Position numbers and translations under genes: made by a program. From a virus (Duplodnaviria > Caudoviricetes), in IMG/VR virus record IMGVR_UViG_3300020440_000009, positions 1 through 64,000 of that record: 64,000 bases of DNA; one strand, written 5' to 3'. The notes under the pieces were generated by a model. The model was not told the origin of the DNA. It ran no database searches and worked only from the letters and a program-made list of their open reading frames with translations. The number at the start of each line of letters is the position of its first letter. Position 1 is the stretch's first letter. Shown here piece by piece: positions 48,703 through 57,981 of this stretch.

Positions 48703-49547
48703 ATTAAGTCCTTAAGATGTTCATAGAACATATGTGTTAAATGTGTTTTACCTAATAATTCTGGATATTTAAACATGATTTTCGCTCTTGGACCTGCGTA
48801 ATGTAGAGCGTATGCCTCATTTTTAAGAAAATCAGGTCTCATAGATCCACATGTTGCGTTCCATTTACAATGTAAAAATGAATATGATATTCCTAATTTA
48901 TGAATCATACCGTTTATCAAAGGTTGATCGGTATAAGCTAAACCAGGTCTTGGATATCTAGATTTTGATTCATCTAATGTCTTTTTGTTTTTAAGTGTGT
49001 TAACCCAGTTTTCTCTAAAAAGCTTTCTACACTTTCTATTCGCTATCCAAACACCTGTGTGCATTTGATCATATAATTTATGATAGAAGTCATAAATGTA
49101 GGCACGATCTTTAATAGCTTCTAAACAAAGTCTAGTTGTTTGATAAGGGTCATTATAATAATCTTTCATGCCGATAGGCTCGTTAACCGCATGAAAATCT
49201 TTTGTTTTGTCTATCTCGTTAAATATATTTGGTAGTTTTTCAGGAGATTTCATCACTATGTCCGAGTCAATGTGTAAAATCCATTCATATTCATCAAATT
49301 TTTCCTCACACAAAGCCATGCACCAAAGATATTTCATAAAATTTTTATTAAATATTTTATCTTTTGGTAAATCAGGTTTATCTTGAAATATATAATCACA
49401 ACCTATGTTTTCTGCATATTTTTTAACTGAGTTTTTAGAAGCCTCTAATAGTTTTTCATCGTCCGTATTACCGAACCACCTGCTAACATCATCTTCTTTA
49501 TATCCATTTTCTCCCGTTGTGACAAAACATTGATAAATTAAATTCAT
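48699..49547 (-). CDS. GT-A fold glycosyltransferase (GT8/GT34-like), tandem copy B
   Basis: HIDSDIV, HTGVWIA, DQPLINGM, KWNA, LHYAG; close paralog of copy A. Confidence 0.8.
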   Translation of the reverse strand: MNLIYQCFVTTGENGYKEDDVSRWFGNTDDEKLLEASKNSVKKYAENIGCDYIFQDKPDLPKDKIFNKNFMKYLWCMALCEEKFDEYEWILHIDSDIVMKSPEKLPNIFNEIDKTKDFHAVNEPIGMKDYYNDPYQTTRLCLEAIKDRAYIYDFYHKLYDQMHTGVWIANRKCRKLFRENWVNTLKNKKTLDESKSRYPRPGLAYTDQPLINGMIHKLGISYSFLHCKWNATCGSMRPDFLKNEAYALHYAGPRAKIMFKYPELLGKTHLTHMFYEHLKDLI

Positions 49548-50459
49548 TTAGAATACTTCCTCTCCAATAAAATCATTTAACATCTTATTAAATGGCTTAT
49601 AATATTCCTGTATATATTCTACATGTTCATCTTTTATTTCAGAAGACGCATCATATAGTTTAGAATTAAAATCGTGTGATTGAACTTTTAGGTTTTTATT
49701 TATTTCTATTTCATCTATATCTAAAAAATTAAATATAGAATTATAATATTTCTTTTTATCTTCAGGACTACCTGATAAATCCGAGAATTTGTTTATTAGA
49801 ACATTTCTATTAAAGTTTGATTTACCTATCATGGATAGTATATTTTTTATGTGAGTTATGTATTCACCTTGATAAAAATAATTACCTCTCCCTTGTCTAT
49901 AATTCTTTGTGTACCAACCTTGATTTTTATGCATTTCGACTATTTCATCTAGTTTATTAGGTTCTAAACCTAATCTTTGATTTGCTATGTAATCTATTTC
50001 GTTTTTGTGTTTGTTGTAAAAATCTTCACCATTTCTGTTTATAACATCTGCTATTGAATTTGGATTAGTAGACATTTCAAACACCATTCTAAAGTGTTTA
50101 TAATGTGATAAAAATCTATCAACAGGCTCTCTTAAACATATCATCATTTTTATATTAGGAAAATCAGTTAACAATCTACTCATTTCCAAAGGACAATAAA
50201 AATATGAAGGTGTACATTCAAAATTCTTTATTTTGGGGTTAAGATTAGTTGACCATATTTCTTTATATGCATTTAGTGTTCTATCATGATAAAAAGAATC
50301 ATAGTAATGATATTCTTTTCGTAAAGGTCTTTGAAAGCCTCCACCCCAACCATCACCTTCGAATAATAAAGGGTGTTCTTTAATATTATTCCAAACAGTT
50401 GAAGAACCTGTTTTCATGGGACCTAACATTATAAAATCTGGACCTCTACCTACATACAC
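49548..50459 (-). CDS. PAPS-dependent sulfotransferase
   Basis: GTG start. 5'-PSB loop PDFIMLGPMKTGSSTVW..IKEHP, KEYHYYD, ECTPSYF and 3'-PB motif LREPVDRFLSHY, as in glycan (heparan-sulfate-type) sulfotransferases. Confidence 0.88.
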   Translation of the reverse strand: MYVGRGPDFIMLGPMKTGSSTVWNNIKEHPLLFEGDGWGGGFQRPLRKEYHYYDSFYHDRTLNAYKEIWSTNLNPKIKNFECTPSYFYCPLEMSRLLTDFPNIKMMICLREPVDRFLSHYKHFRMVFEMSTNPNSIADVINRNGEDFYNKHKNEIDYIANQRLGLEPNKLDEIVEMHKNQGWYTKNYRQGRGNYFYQGEYITHIKNILSMIGKSNFNRNVLINKFSDLSGSPEDKKKYYNSIFNFLDIDEIEINKNLKVQSHDFNSKLYDASSEIKDEHVEYIQEYYKPFNKMLNDFIGEEVF

Positions 50460-50463
50460 GTTT

Positions 50464-52770
50464 CTATTCTCCTAAATCTTCAAAGTTATTATTTTTTAGT
50501 CTTAGCCATCTTTTATATTCATGATGATTTTCAAATCTGTCTACAGTTTCTTGTTTTATGAGACCCTCTGAAACATAATAGTCCCATCCTTTATTTGAAC
50601 TAGTATTTGATCTTGGTTTACTTTTATATTTGTGTGAGAAATAAGTCTCTAGGAAATGTCCGAAGTTTTCATCGTTGAACTCTTTTACAAAATCTAATTG
50701 TATAATCCAATAAGGTATACTCCAAAGTATCAGATTTTCAGGTTTTAACATCTCATTTACAAAAGCATCTATACTCATTTTTTTTATATCCATTTCAACT
50801 AACTTAAATGGATTTTTCTCTGACTCTTTCTCTACTGCGAAACACCAAAGAGAACATATCAAATCTTTAGGCTCACGAACAAATGTAAACAAGAACCAGC
50901 CATTCTTCTTATATTGCAAAATGGTATCTCTGTCCCAACTTATGTGATGATTGTGTACGAAAGCCATACCTTTTTCTTGTTTATCAATATCAAGTAACTC
51001 TTCTTGAGTAAAGTCTCTCCATATCTCTGAATACCAAGTATTGTATATTTTGTGATTTTTCAATATGTCCCAGAGATAGTCCATTGTATAAACACCTGCA
51101 CATTTACCAAAATGTATAAAACCTATCTTTTTAGGAGTAGTTGATATTTCACTTATACCAAACTCATCTTTTATGAAGTCTAATACAAAACTATTCTTAC
51201 CTTCACATGATACTTTAAGTGTAGATACAAGTCTTTTTATGTCTTTTTGAACATTAGTGTCTTTGAAGTTTATTTCAGGGTCTGTATGAACATGATAACT
51301 TTTTATCTCACCTAATGTTTCTTCTAGATACTCTATATCTTCTGCAAAATAGTTTCTCCAAAACCCTATATTATGTGTTCTGTCAAATATATCTGTATCA
51401 AAAAAGTTAGGTATATTATTCATACACTCTTGTTCATAAAAAAGAGAATCGTGTAAGTAATTCTTTTCCCACCAGTCTGGAAAATCTTTTCTAGCACAAA
51501 ACAGATAACCAGCGTTATATATACCTGAAACACTTTCATGTGAATTTTTATTTAATATGAAATGATAGTGTGGTGATAAGACCACTTCATGACTATATGT
51601 TAAGTCTAATTCATGAACTAGTATAATATCAGCATCTAAGAAAAAAGTGGTATTATGTTCACTCATCGCAAATCTCATAGCTGACATCTTTTTCAGAATA
51701 GGCATTTTTTGATGATATTGATTTAAATTTAGGTGTTTAGAACTCATCTCTTTAGATTTCTCTTCTATTTGTTCTTCATCTAATTCTACGGAGAAATATA
51801 AATCTTTTATGTTGTACTTTTCTGCTCTTTTTTCTATATATTCTTTTGAAACAGTGTCACACACAATGTAAATTGGTTGATAATGAAATTTTCTAATACT
51901 CCTTATAGATATGAAGGACTCTTTCATCATAGGTTCTGTTGTTACAGTTGAAAAACTTTGAAGATAGTGTTTTTTATCTGATTTCTTTTTATTTAAGACT
52001 AGATTTAAATGTCTATCTTTATCATCACAGTAAACGACAGTATGTGCAAAATCATGGTCTCCTGTTAAAAGTGCTTGTGACATAAGACGATTTAACTGTT
52101 CATCATCTCTATGTCTTAGTATCGTCTTGTTTTTCTTTCTTTTATTTAATACGAAATCATCATACTGACCTACAGAGTCATTGATGCTTATGAAAACTCT
52201 ACAACATCTTACACCTAAAGGAGTGTTTTTTGTATTTTCAAGTAAAGTTCTATCAATACTAGATAAGAACTCACTTACACTCTCTACTTCATTGTCTAGT
52301 ATGAATACAAAATTAATCCACTCACCTGATTGTAGAATAGGTGATATAAGACTTAAGTCTTCAAATCGATTTATATTCATGACTAGATTTCTATTCTGTA
52401 AACCATCTCTGGTACTATATCCGTGATTCGCTCTAACACTTGTTATTTTTTTAAGACTTTTAAGATTATACTCTTCTGGAAAATATTTCTTTTTTATGTC
52501 TTCGTCTTTTTCTAGAATTACAGAAACCTTGGTTTTGTCTATTTGTTTTATTGAGGAATCATCTGTGATACCCTGAAGACAGAATGAATTTGAAAAACTC
52601 TCATCAATCAGAAAGTAATTACCGCTATTTAGAAGAAACGATTCTTTTTTATTGTGATTAGCTCTTTTTACTTGATCAACAATTAGGTCTTCATAGAATT
52701 TGTAAACATTGTCTTCTACTTTCTTTAGATTATATGTTTCATCTTTGAAATGTAACTTAGGTACAGCCAT
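50464..52770 (-). CDS. Multidomain protein: unknown N-terminus, GT-A glycosyltransferase and C-terminal sulfotransferase-like domain
   Basis: FFLDADII, YNAGYL, FYEQECM, NIGFWR (GT); IGFIHFGKCAGVY and FTFVREPKDLICSLW (sulfotransferase PSB/PB-like). Confidence 0.72.
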   Translation of the reverse strand: MAVPKLHFKDETYNLKKVEDNVYKFYEDLIVDQVKRANHNKKESFLLNSGNYFLIDESFSNSFCLQGITDDSSIKQIDKTKVSVILEKDEDIKKKYFPEEYNLKSLKKITSVRANHGYSTRDGLQNRNLVMNINRFEDLSLISPILQSGEWINFVFILDNEVESVSEFLSSIDRTLLENTKNTPLGVRCCRVFISINDSVGQYDDFVLNKRKKNKTILRHRDDEQLNRLMSQALLTGDHDFAHTVVYCDDKDRHLNLVLNKKKSDKKHYLQSFSTVTTEPMMKESFISIRSIRKFHYQPIYIVCDTVSKEYIEKRAEKYNIKDLYFSVELDEEQIEEKSKEMSSKHLNLNQYHQKMPILKKMSAMRFAMSEHNTTFFLDADIILVHELDLTYSHEVVLSPHYHFILNKNSHESVSGIYNAGYLFCARKDFPDWWEKNYLHDSLFYEQECMNNIPNFFDTDIFDRTHNIGFWRNYFAEDIEYLEETLGEIKSYHVHTDPEINFKDTNVQKDIKRLVSTLKVSCEGKNSFVLDFIKDEFGISEISTTPKKIGFIHFGKCAGVYTMDYLWDILKNHKIYNTWYSEIWRDFTQEELLDIDKQEKGMAFVHNHHISWDRDTILQYKKNGWFLFTFVREPKDLICSLWCFAVEKESEKNPFKLVEMDIKKMSIDAFVNEMLKPENLILWSIPYWIIQLDFVKEFNDENFGHFLETYFSHKYKSKPRSNTSSNKGWDYYVSEGLIKQETVDRFENHHEYKRWLRLKNNNFEDLGE

Positions 52771-52798
52771 CCGTCTCTCCTTAACAATACAACTCTAT

Positions 52799-53659
52799 TT
52801 ATCTATTATACATCGTATTGTGATAGCTTAAAACCTCTTTTCGTAGCTTTTTATTTGACGACCATTGAAGTAGACCTGTTTTTGAATCAGTTTGTAAGTC
52901 CAAATTTGGATTAAAATTAAATCTTTCTAATATTTTTTCTCTAAACTCATATTTTCGATTGTAATTACCATGATAAAGATGTTCTATTTCTCTATTTTCT
53001 AAGTAACCAGAACTCTCAATGTGTTTCTGACATAGCTTATAATAATCAGTGTAAAGTTTTTTAAGCTGACTACAATTATTGAGAGTCCTCTTTGATATAT
53101 TCTTTAAATTACCAGTAAAAGCACCTGCTAATAGACAGTCACCATTTCCTGTTATATGATAATCAAAAAGACCACCTATTTTATCAAGTACATCTCGTCT
53201 GATTGCCCAGCCGTATCCTGTCCAACCTTTTATCTCATCGACAAAGCAATTATTATGAACTTTATATGTACAACCATCTTCGTCTAGTTGGCGAACAGTT
53301 TCAAATAGTTGTATTACGGAGTGTTTTTGTAATTTTTTTGAAATAGCCCAGTCTGTCATTGCATGACTAAAGATAATGTCTGCATCCACCCAAGATATGT
53401 ATTCAAATTCTTTTGGTATCTTTTTTATAGCAATATTTATAAGTCTTTCTTTCTGCCATATAACTGTGTTCTTATCAGCACGGAGTCTTATAAATCTTTC
53501 GGATTCTGGTATTCTAAATTGACTATCACCAAACGCTAGTTCAATCACAAACATATTATTATTCCAGGAATTTAAATTTCTGAATTTTTCAAAGTTCTTA
53601 TTTTGATAAGAATCTTTTTTATATGTAAAGACCGGAACTATGAAGGCGGTTTTACTCAT
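52799..53659 (-). CDS. GT-A fold glycosyltransferase
   Basis: WQKERLINIAI..IP..FEYISWVDADIIF, GYGWAIRR, GNGD, HLYHG. Confidence 0.78.
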   Translation of the reverse strand: MSKTAFIVPVFTYKKDSYQNKNFEKFRNLNSWNNNMFVIELAFGDSQFRIPESERFIRLRADKNTVIWQKERLINIAIKKIPKEFEYISWVDADIIFSHAMTDWAISKKLQKHSVIQLFETVRQLDEDGCTYKVHNNCFVDEIKGWTGYGWAIRRDVLDKIGGLFDYHITGNGDCLLAGAFTGNLKNISKRTLNNCSQLKKLYTDYYKLCQKHIESSGYLENREIEHLYHGNYNRKYEFREKILERFNFNPNLDLQTDSKTGLLQWSSNKKLRKEVLSYHNTMYNR

Positions 53660-54111
53660 AGAGTTGTTTGTCCTTCGTTCTTATAACAATAACAACTCAT
53701 GTTCGTAAGTAGTTCCGATAGTAATTTAAAATAAGTTACGATTTCACTATCCAAAAATGATTCTCTAGCCATTGAATCAGATATTGATCTAGATGTTATT
53801 ATCCAGGACAATACCGTATTATCAACTGGCAACTCAAAATTTATAGGTCTTAAATTATTATCTAGTTTATTGATTGTATTAATATCATCTTCGATTACTA
53901 TATGATAGTCTCCAATCTCTTCAGGTGTTATCGCATCTTTATCGTTATTATAAAAATTCAATAACTCTTCTAGAAACATTTTTTGACAGAATAGTATAGA
54001 CCTACAAGTAATACCTTTATCTTGATATGATTTCCAGTCTTTATGATCTCCTAGAGTCTTGAAACAGGAGATTAAATCCTTTAATAATATTTTTTCTTTT
54101 ACTCTCGTCAT
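53656..54111 (-). CDS. Hypothetical helical protein, possibly a degenerate PduO-like fold
   Basis: 151 aa ORF coupled to its neighbours; weak pattern similarity only. Confidence 0.55.
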   Translation of the reverse strand: MTRVKEKILLKDLISCFKTLGDHKDWKSYQDKGITCRSILFCQKMFLEELLNFYNNDKDAITPEEIGDYHIVIEDDINTINKLDNNLRPINFELPVDNTVLSWIITSRSISDSMARESFLDSEIVTYFKLLSELLTNMSCYCYKNEGQTTL

Positions 54112-54672
54112 TTAATATACCTCACAAGTTTTTTGCCACCATTGTGGTTCTGGTCGTTTTGACCAAATCATTTTAAATCGATGTCTCTTAGTTGCATAAA
54201 AGGCACGATAAGCATCAATAGGATCATCAAGCATACATTCTGGATTTGAACCCATGGCTAATTTAAAAGGTGTTAAATTACCTTCTGGTATATTCACAGG
54301 ATAATTAGATAGTGGTTCTCTCAATAATTTATCGGTTAGGTGTTTTTTACCATATCGATAAGTGTATTCATCACACAGATGACAAAAGAAGTCATAGTGC
54401 CATTTGTAATTTTCGGTTGTCTCTGTTGACCAAATAGTACATGGATGCTTAGGATGAACCGCTTTGTAAAGTACGTCTTCACGCCAATCAGTCAGTCCCC
54501 AGTAACTTATCTTTCTGCCCGATTTGCTCTTAATTTTAGTTTCAACACCATCAAGTAGCCTATGTGCTGTTGATAACATTTGACCAGACTCAACGACCAT
54601 TTTAGGTACATGTTTGTCACAATGCATCTCAACTGCTTTTTGTGGGTCTTTATGTAGTACAAATATATTCAT
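54112..54672 (-). CDS. Pyrimidine-dimer DNA glycosylase (DenV/endonuclease V family)-like protein
   Basis: Probable start MNIFVL at 54672; MNIF.L..DP...V..HCDKHV.KMVVESGQMLSTAH and YKAVHPKHPCTIW motifs. Confidence 0.75.
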   Translation of the reverse strand: MNIFVLHKDPQKAVEMHCDKHVPKMVVESGQMLSTAHRLLDGVETKIKSKSGRKISYWGLTDWREDVLYKAVHPKHPCTIWSTETTENYKWHYDFFCHLCDEYTYRYGKKHLTDKLLREPLSNYPVNIPEGNLTPFKLAMGSNPECMLDDPIDAYRAFYATKRHRFKMIWSKRPEPQWWQKTCEVY

Positions 54673-54722
54673 ATCTTTCCTCTTTTGAATTAGATATAAT
54701 ATAGATAAAATTACAAACAAAG

Positions 54723-55445
54723 TCAATTAAAATCCTGAAAACTTTTTAGTTCTTCGGATATGGGACCGGTCATGTCTTTCATCTGATAAGCATCATATGT
54801 TGCATCATCATGTAGCCATATAAGTATTCTCTGAGAGACTGGTATACCGATTTGCTCTAACATAAGTTGATAATATGATAACTGTAATTGATACTTATTA
54901 AATGGTGTGTCTAACATATCTGAGAATGGATAGTATAACTTTTGATCTTTAAAGTTCTTGAATAAATCTTTGTTCGTCTTATAGTCACCTATCAAAAAAG
55001 AGTTCTTTTTCTTATTATAGAGGATAATATCACCAGTACCAGCATATAGGTATTTGTGATGATACATCTTAAGTTCTGTTGCAAAAGGAACTATATAATC
55101 AGGTAAGTCGTCCCAGAATGTTGAGATAGCTTGTTCTAATGGTGTAGTTGGTTCTAAGCTTCTATCAAAAGCATATCTTTCACCAAAGTAGTGTGCTTTG
55201 TCACCTCGCTCACAAGCTTTCTTAGAGTTCTCTTCCCACTCCGCTAGAATCTGTTCTTCAGTCACACCTCTTCTTCTGGCAACAAACTTACTAATACTTT
55301 TGTCAAATGGTTTGTAGTATCTTTGAATTAATTTGGAAACTGATGGTATAACTTGTTCTTCGACAGTATAGATATGATTATTTTCATCGAAGTTTAGGTG
55401 GTTAAATAACTCACCACACTTCATATATAAAGATTCCACACTCAT
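54723..55445 (-). CDS. PD-(D/E)XK exonuclease
   Basis: PSVS, RGDKAH, YAGTGDII, IGDYKTNK, YQLQLSYY motifs; no Fe-S cysteine set. Confidence 0.82.
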   Translation of the reverse strand: MSVESLYMKCGELFNHLNFDENNHIYTVEEQVIPSVSKLIQRYYKPFDKSISKFVARRRGVTEEQILAEWEENSKKACERGDKAHYFGERYAFDRSLEPTTPLEQAISTFWDDLPDYIVPFATELKMYHHKYLYAGTGDIILYNKKKNSFLIGDYKTNKDLFKNFKDQKLYYPFSDMLDTPFNKYQLQLSYYQLMLEQIGIPVSQRILIWLHDDATYDAYQMKDMTGPISEELKSFQDFN

Positions 55446-55640
55446 TTCAAACTCACATTTAAACTACACTTTTTTTAATAAAAAATGATATAGTGCAAAT
55501 ATCACAAAAAATCAACATAAACCACTGTACTAACTTATTTTACATTATTTCACCATTTAGTGGTATAATAACAAAAAAGAACAATACAAAATGATATATG
55601 TTTTTAAATGAAAATTGTCATATCACAACCATACAGATAA

Positions 55641-55910
55641 TTATACCGTTTTTCTCTTATATTTATAGTAAACAATGACCATTGTAATCGCTGAAAATAG
55701 ACCGGCTAGATAATTTGACAACCACCAAAAGTCATATCCAACTCTTAAAATCGTATAAAATATAGCTGATATATAACCTACAACGGACAGTGTAAAGAGA
55801 GGTAAACTTATATCTTCAACCGATTTTGTTCTAATTGATTTGATTATCTGAGGCCAGTAGCATATCATAAAACATATCGTATATATTACACCTAAAATGT
55901 TTTCTATCAT
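55641..55910 (-). CDS. SemiSWEET/PQ-loop membrane transporter
   Basis: 89 aa with three hydrophobic helices; YWPQIIKSIRTKSVEDIS is the SemiSWEET PQ motif. Confidence 0.85.
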   Translation of the reverse strand: MIENILGVIYTICFMICYWPQIIKSIRTKSVEDISLPLFTLSVVGYISAIFYTILRVGYDFWWLSNYLAGLFSAITMVIVYYKYKRKTV

Positions 55911-56113
55911 TAAACCTCATCACTCTCTTCAGGTTCTTCGATTGGTTCTAAAACCATCTCACCGTTTTCATCGTAATGATATTTAACAAAGTTTTCCTCT
56001 GCTAGTAAATCTAAAATAATTGATGTTGTATGGCCGTAGCTTTTATTACGACCTAAATCATAAGCTAGTAGAATTGAGCCTATGAACCAAAGTGCTATGA
56101 TTAAATATATCAT
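55910..56113 (-). CDS. Small single-TM protein
   Basis: N-terminal hydrophobic helix, acidic tail, GAGGAG SD. Confidence 0.6.
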   Translation of the reverse strand: MIYLIIALWFIGSILLAYDLGRNKSYGHTTSIILDLLAEENFVKYHYDENGEMVLEPIEEPEESDEV

Positions 56114-56243
56114 TAATACTTATCTCCTCTCCATAAATCAAAAATATAATACATTGTAATTCCTAGTAAAGTCCATGTCATCATACTAAACATGTCATCT
56201 GGTTTTATTAGTAAATTTTGATATATATCCATTGTTTCTCTCT

Positions 56244-56672
56244 CTATTTATAAAATATATGAAGGCCAATCTTCACAGTTTTTTTCATGTTTTTTGCCCA
56301 GTAAGGACTCACATAATCAGCATGATAATGATCTGCACCTTTTGTGTAATTTGTTGTAGGATCAGAATAGGCTATCTTCAAGGCTTCATTCCAACGAGGA
56401 TGTTTTGATGCTTTCTCGATAGTCTTCTCTATGTCTTTTCCGTTCCAACATGAAAATTGTTTCCGAGCCAAACACACCTCTGAAAAGGATTGATTCTTTT
56501 TAATGGCTCGGTTGTAAATTACTTCATAAACCGCTTCAAGAGAGCCTTCATCATATTCACCACCAGCTTCTAAAATCAAAGTAGTAGCAACAATAGTCTG
56601 ATCATAATCTGCTTGAACAAAACAAACAAAACCAATAATAGACAAAATAATTAGTACTATAATCTTATTCAT
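56244..56672 (-). CDS. SleB-like cell wall hydrolase (Hydrolase_2) with an N-terminal signal/anchor
   Basis: Probable start MNKII at 56672 (GAGAGG SD). Motifs LILEAGGE, VIYNR, KQFSCWN, GADHYHADYVSPYWA. Confidence 0.85.
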   Translation of the reverse strand: MNKIIVLIILSIIGFVCFVQADYDQTIVATTLILEAGGEYDEGSLEAVYEVIYNRAIKKNQSFSEVCLARKQFSCWNGKDIEKTIEKASKHPRWNEALKIAYSDPTTNYTKGADHYHADYVSPYWAKNMKKTVKIGLHIFYK

Positions 56673-56726
56673 ACCTCTCTCACTTTCTACAGATAATGTA
56701 CTATAAAATGGTGATAAGGTCAATGA

Positions 56727-57173
56727 CTATTTTTGACTATCTCCAGGTAAAACTCTGTAGTTATCTTCTACGGAATCAGGTGTGGAAACCTCAATTATTT
56801 CTGAATTATCTTCAAGAGCAATAAGCTGATGTGGTTCTAATGGCTCGTTTCTCCAAGTCTCACCTTCTTGTAGAATAACAGACCTCTGTTCAGCATTCTT
56901 GGTGTTGATATAAATTAGTTCAAAAGAGCCTTTGTTTACATACCAAGACTCGTCTTTTTCTCGGTGAAAATGCATTGAGAACTTCGACATAGCTTTGTTA
57001 AAATGCATAATTTTACCACAATACTTATCATTTGTAGCAAATATCAATTCATATCCCCAAGCCTTATCTACCTTACCTTCTAGTCTCTCTGTGAAAGAGC
57101 CGTCAGTGTAATAGTCTTTACTACCATAACTGGTGGTATGCGTTCTCTTATCCACAACAAAATATTCACTCAT
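56727..57173 (-). CDS. Cupin (sugar-phosphate isomerase-like) protein
   Basis: KAWGYE, YCGKIM, SMHFHREKDESWYV, PHQL, EVSTPD. Confidence 0.78.
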   Translation of the reverse strand: MSEYFVVDKRTHTTSYGSKDYYTDGSFTERLEGKVDKAWGYELIFATNDKYCGKIMHFNKAMSKFSMHFHREKDESWYVNKGSFELIYINTKNAEQRSVILQEGETWRNEPLEPHQLIALEDNSEIIEVSTPDSVEDNYRVLPGDSQK

Positions 57174-57981
57174 TTTCTATATACTCCCTTATATCAATCC
57201 AGTCTAACTTAAAGTATTTCTCTAATTGTCCTAGATTAGCTTGTGTAAATTCTTGATACTGTCCTTTTAATTTATCAGGAAAAGGTATCTCAACTATTGG
57301 TACATTATACTTATTTGACAGGGCTTTTGCGATGTCCAAGAAACTAATTGCCTTACCTGTTCCTACATTGAAAACACCATTTTCTTCTATATCAAACATT
57401 CTTAAATGACATTCACACACATCATCTACACAAACAAAATCTCTCTTATAATTTTCACTACCTTCAAATATTCTTATCTCACCATCTTCTAATGCTTGTT
57501 TCTTAAACTTGTGATAAGGACTTGCTTGATCACCTTTATGATCTTCATGTTGTCCATAAACATTAAAGTATCTGAAGCCTTGAACTGTTATAGGATGAGT
57601 AACTTTCTCATACCACAACCATCTATCAAATAGATATTTTGACCAAGCATATGGACTTTCTGGTCTGAGAGGACCATCTTCTGTAAAATGTTCTGTCTGT
57701 CCGTAAACACTCGCACTACTAGAATACTGGAAGTGTACACCATGTTTACAACACTCTTCGTATAGCCATCTAGAAAACTCAAGATTGACATTGATTATCT
57801 TGTCAACATCTCTCTCCGTTGTAGAAGATATTGCACCGAAATGAATTACTTTGTCCATTCCTCTAACATCAGGTAAGTCTGTCGTGTTTAGTTCATAACC
57901 ATATAGTTCATGGTCTTTAGTCAGACGATTAACCATATTCTGACCAATGAAACCTTTGTTACCTGTTATTAATATCTTCAT
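57166..57981 (-). CDS. hldD: ADP-L-glycero-D-manno-heptose 6-epimerase
   Basis: ITGNKGFIG, HFGAISSTTE, YSSSASVYG, PESPYAWSK, FRYFNVYG..EDHKG, RDFVCVDD, YQEFTQA. Confidence 0.88.
   Translation of the reverse strand: MKILITGNKGFIGQNMVNRLTKDHELYGYELNTTDLPDVRGMDKVIHFGAISSTTERDVDKIINVNLEFSRWLYEECCKHGVHFQYSSSASVYGQTEHFTEDGPLRPESPYAWSKYLFDRWLWYEKVTHPITVQGFRYFNVYGQHEDHKGDQASPYHKFKKQALEDGEIRIFEGSENYKRDFVCVDDVCECHLRMFDIEENGVFNVGTGKAISFLDIAKALSNKYNVPIVEIPFPDKLKGQYQEFTQANLGQLEKYFKLDWIDIREYIENE

Noticed and set aside
54723-55445. Cas4/CRISPR-associated nuclease
   Set aside because: It has the PD-(D/E)XK core but lacks the four Fe-S cysteines of Cas4, and no repeat-spacer array or other cas gene is visible.
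55446-55640. tRNA/ncRNA or replication origin in the AT-rich intergenic gap
   Set aside because: No cloverleaf, iteron array or convincing stable hairpin is visible; only promoter-like TATAAT elements, too weak to call.
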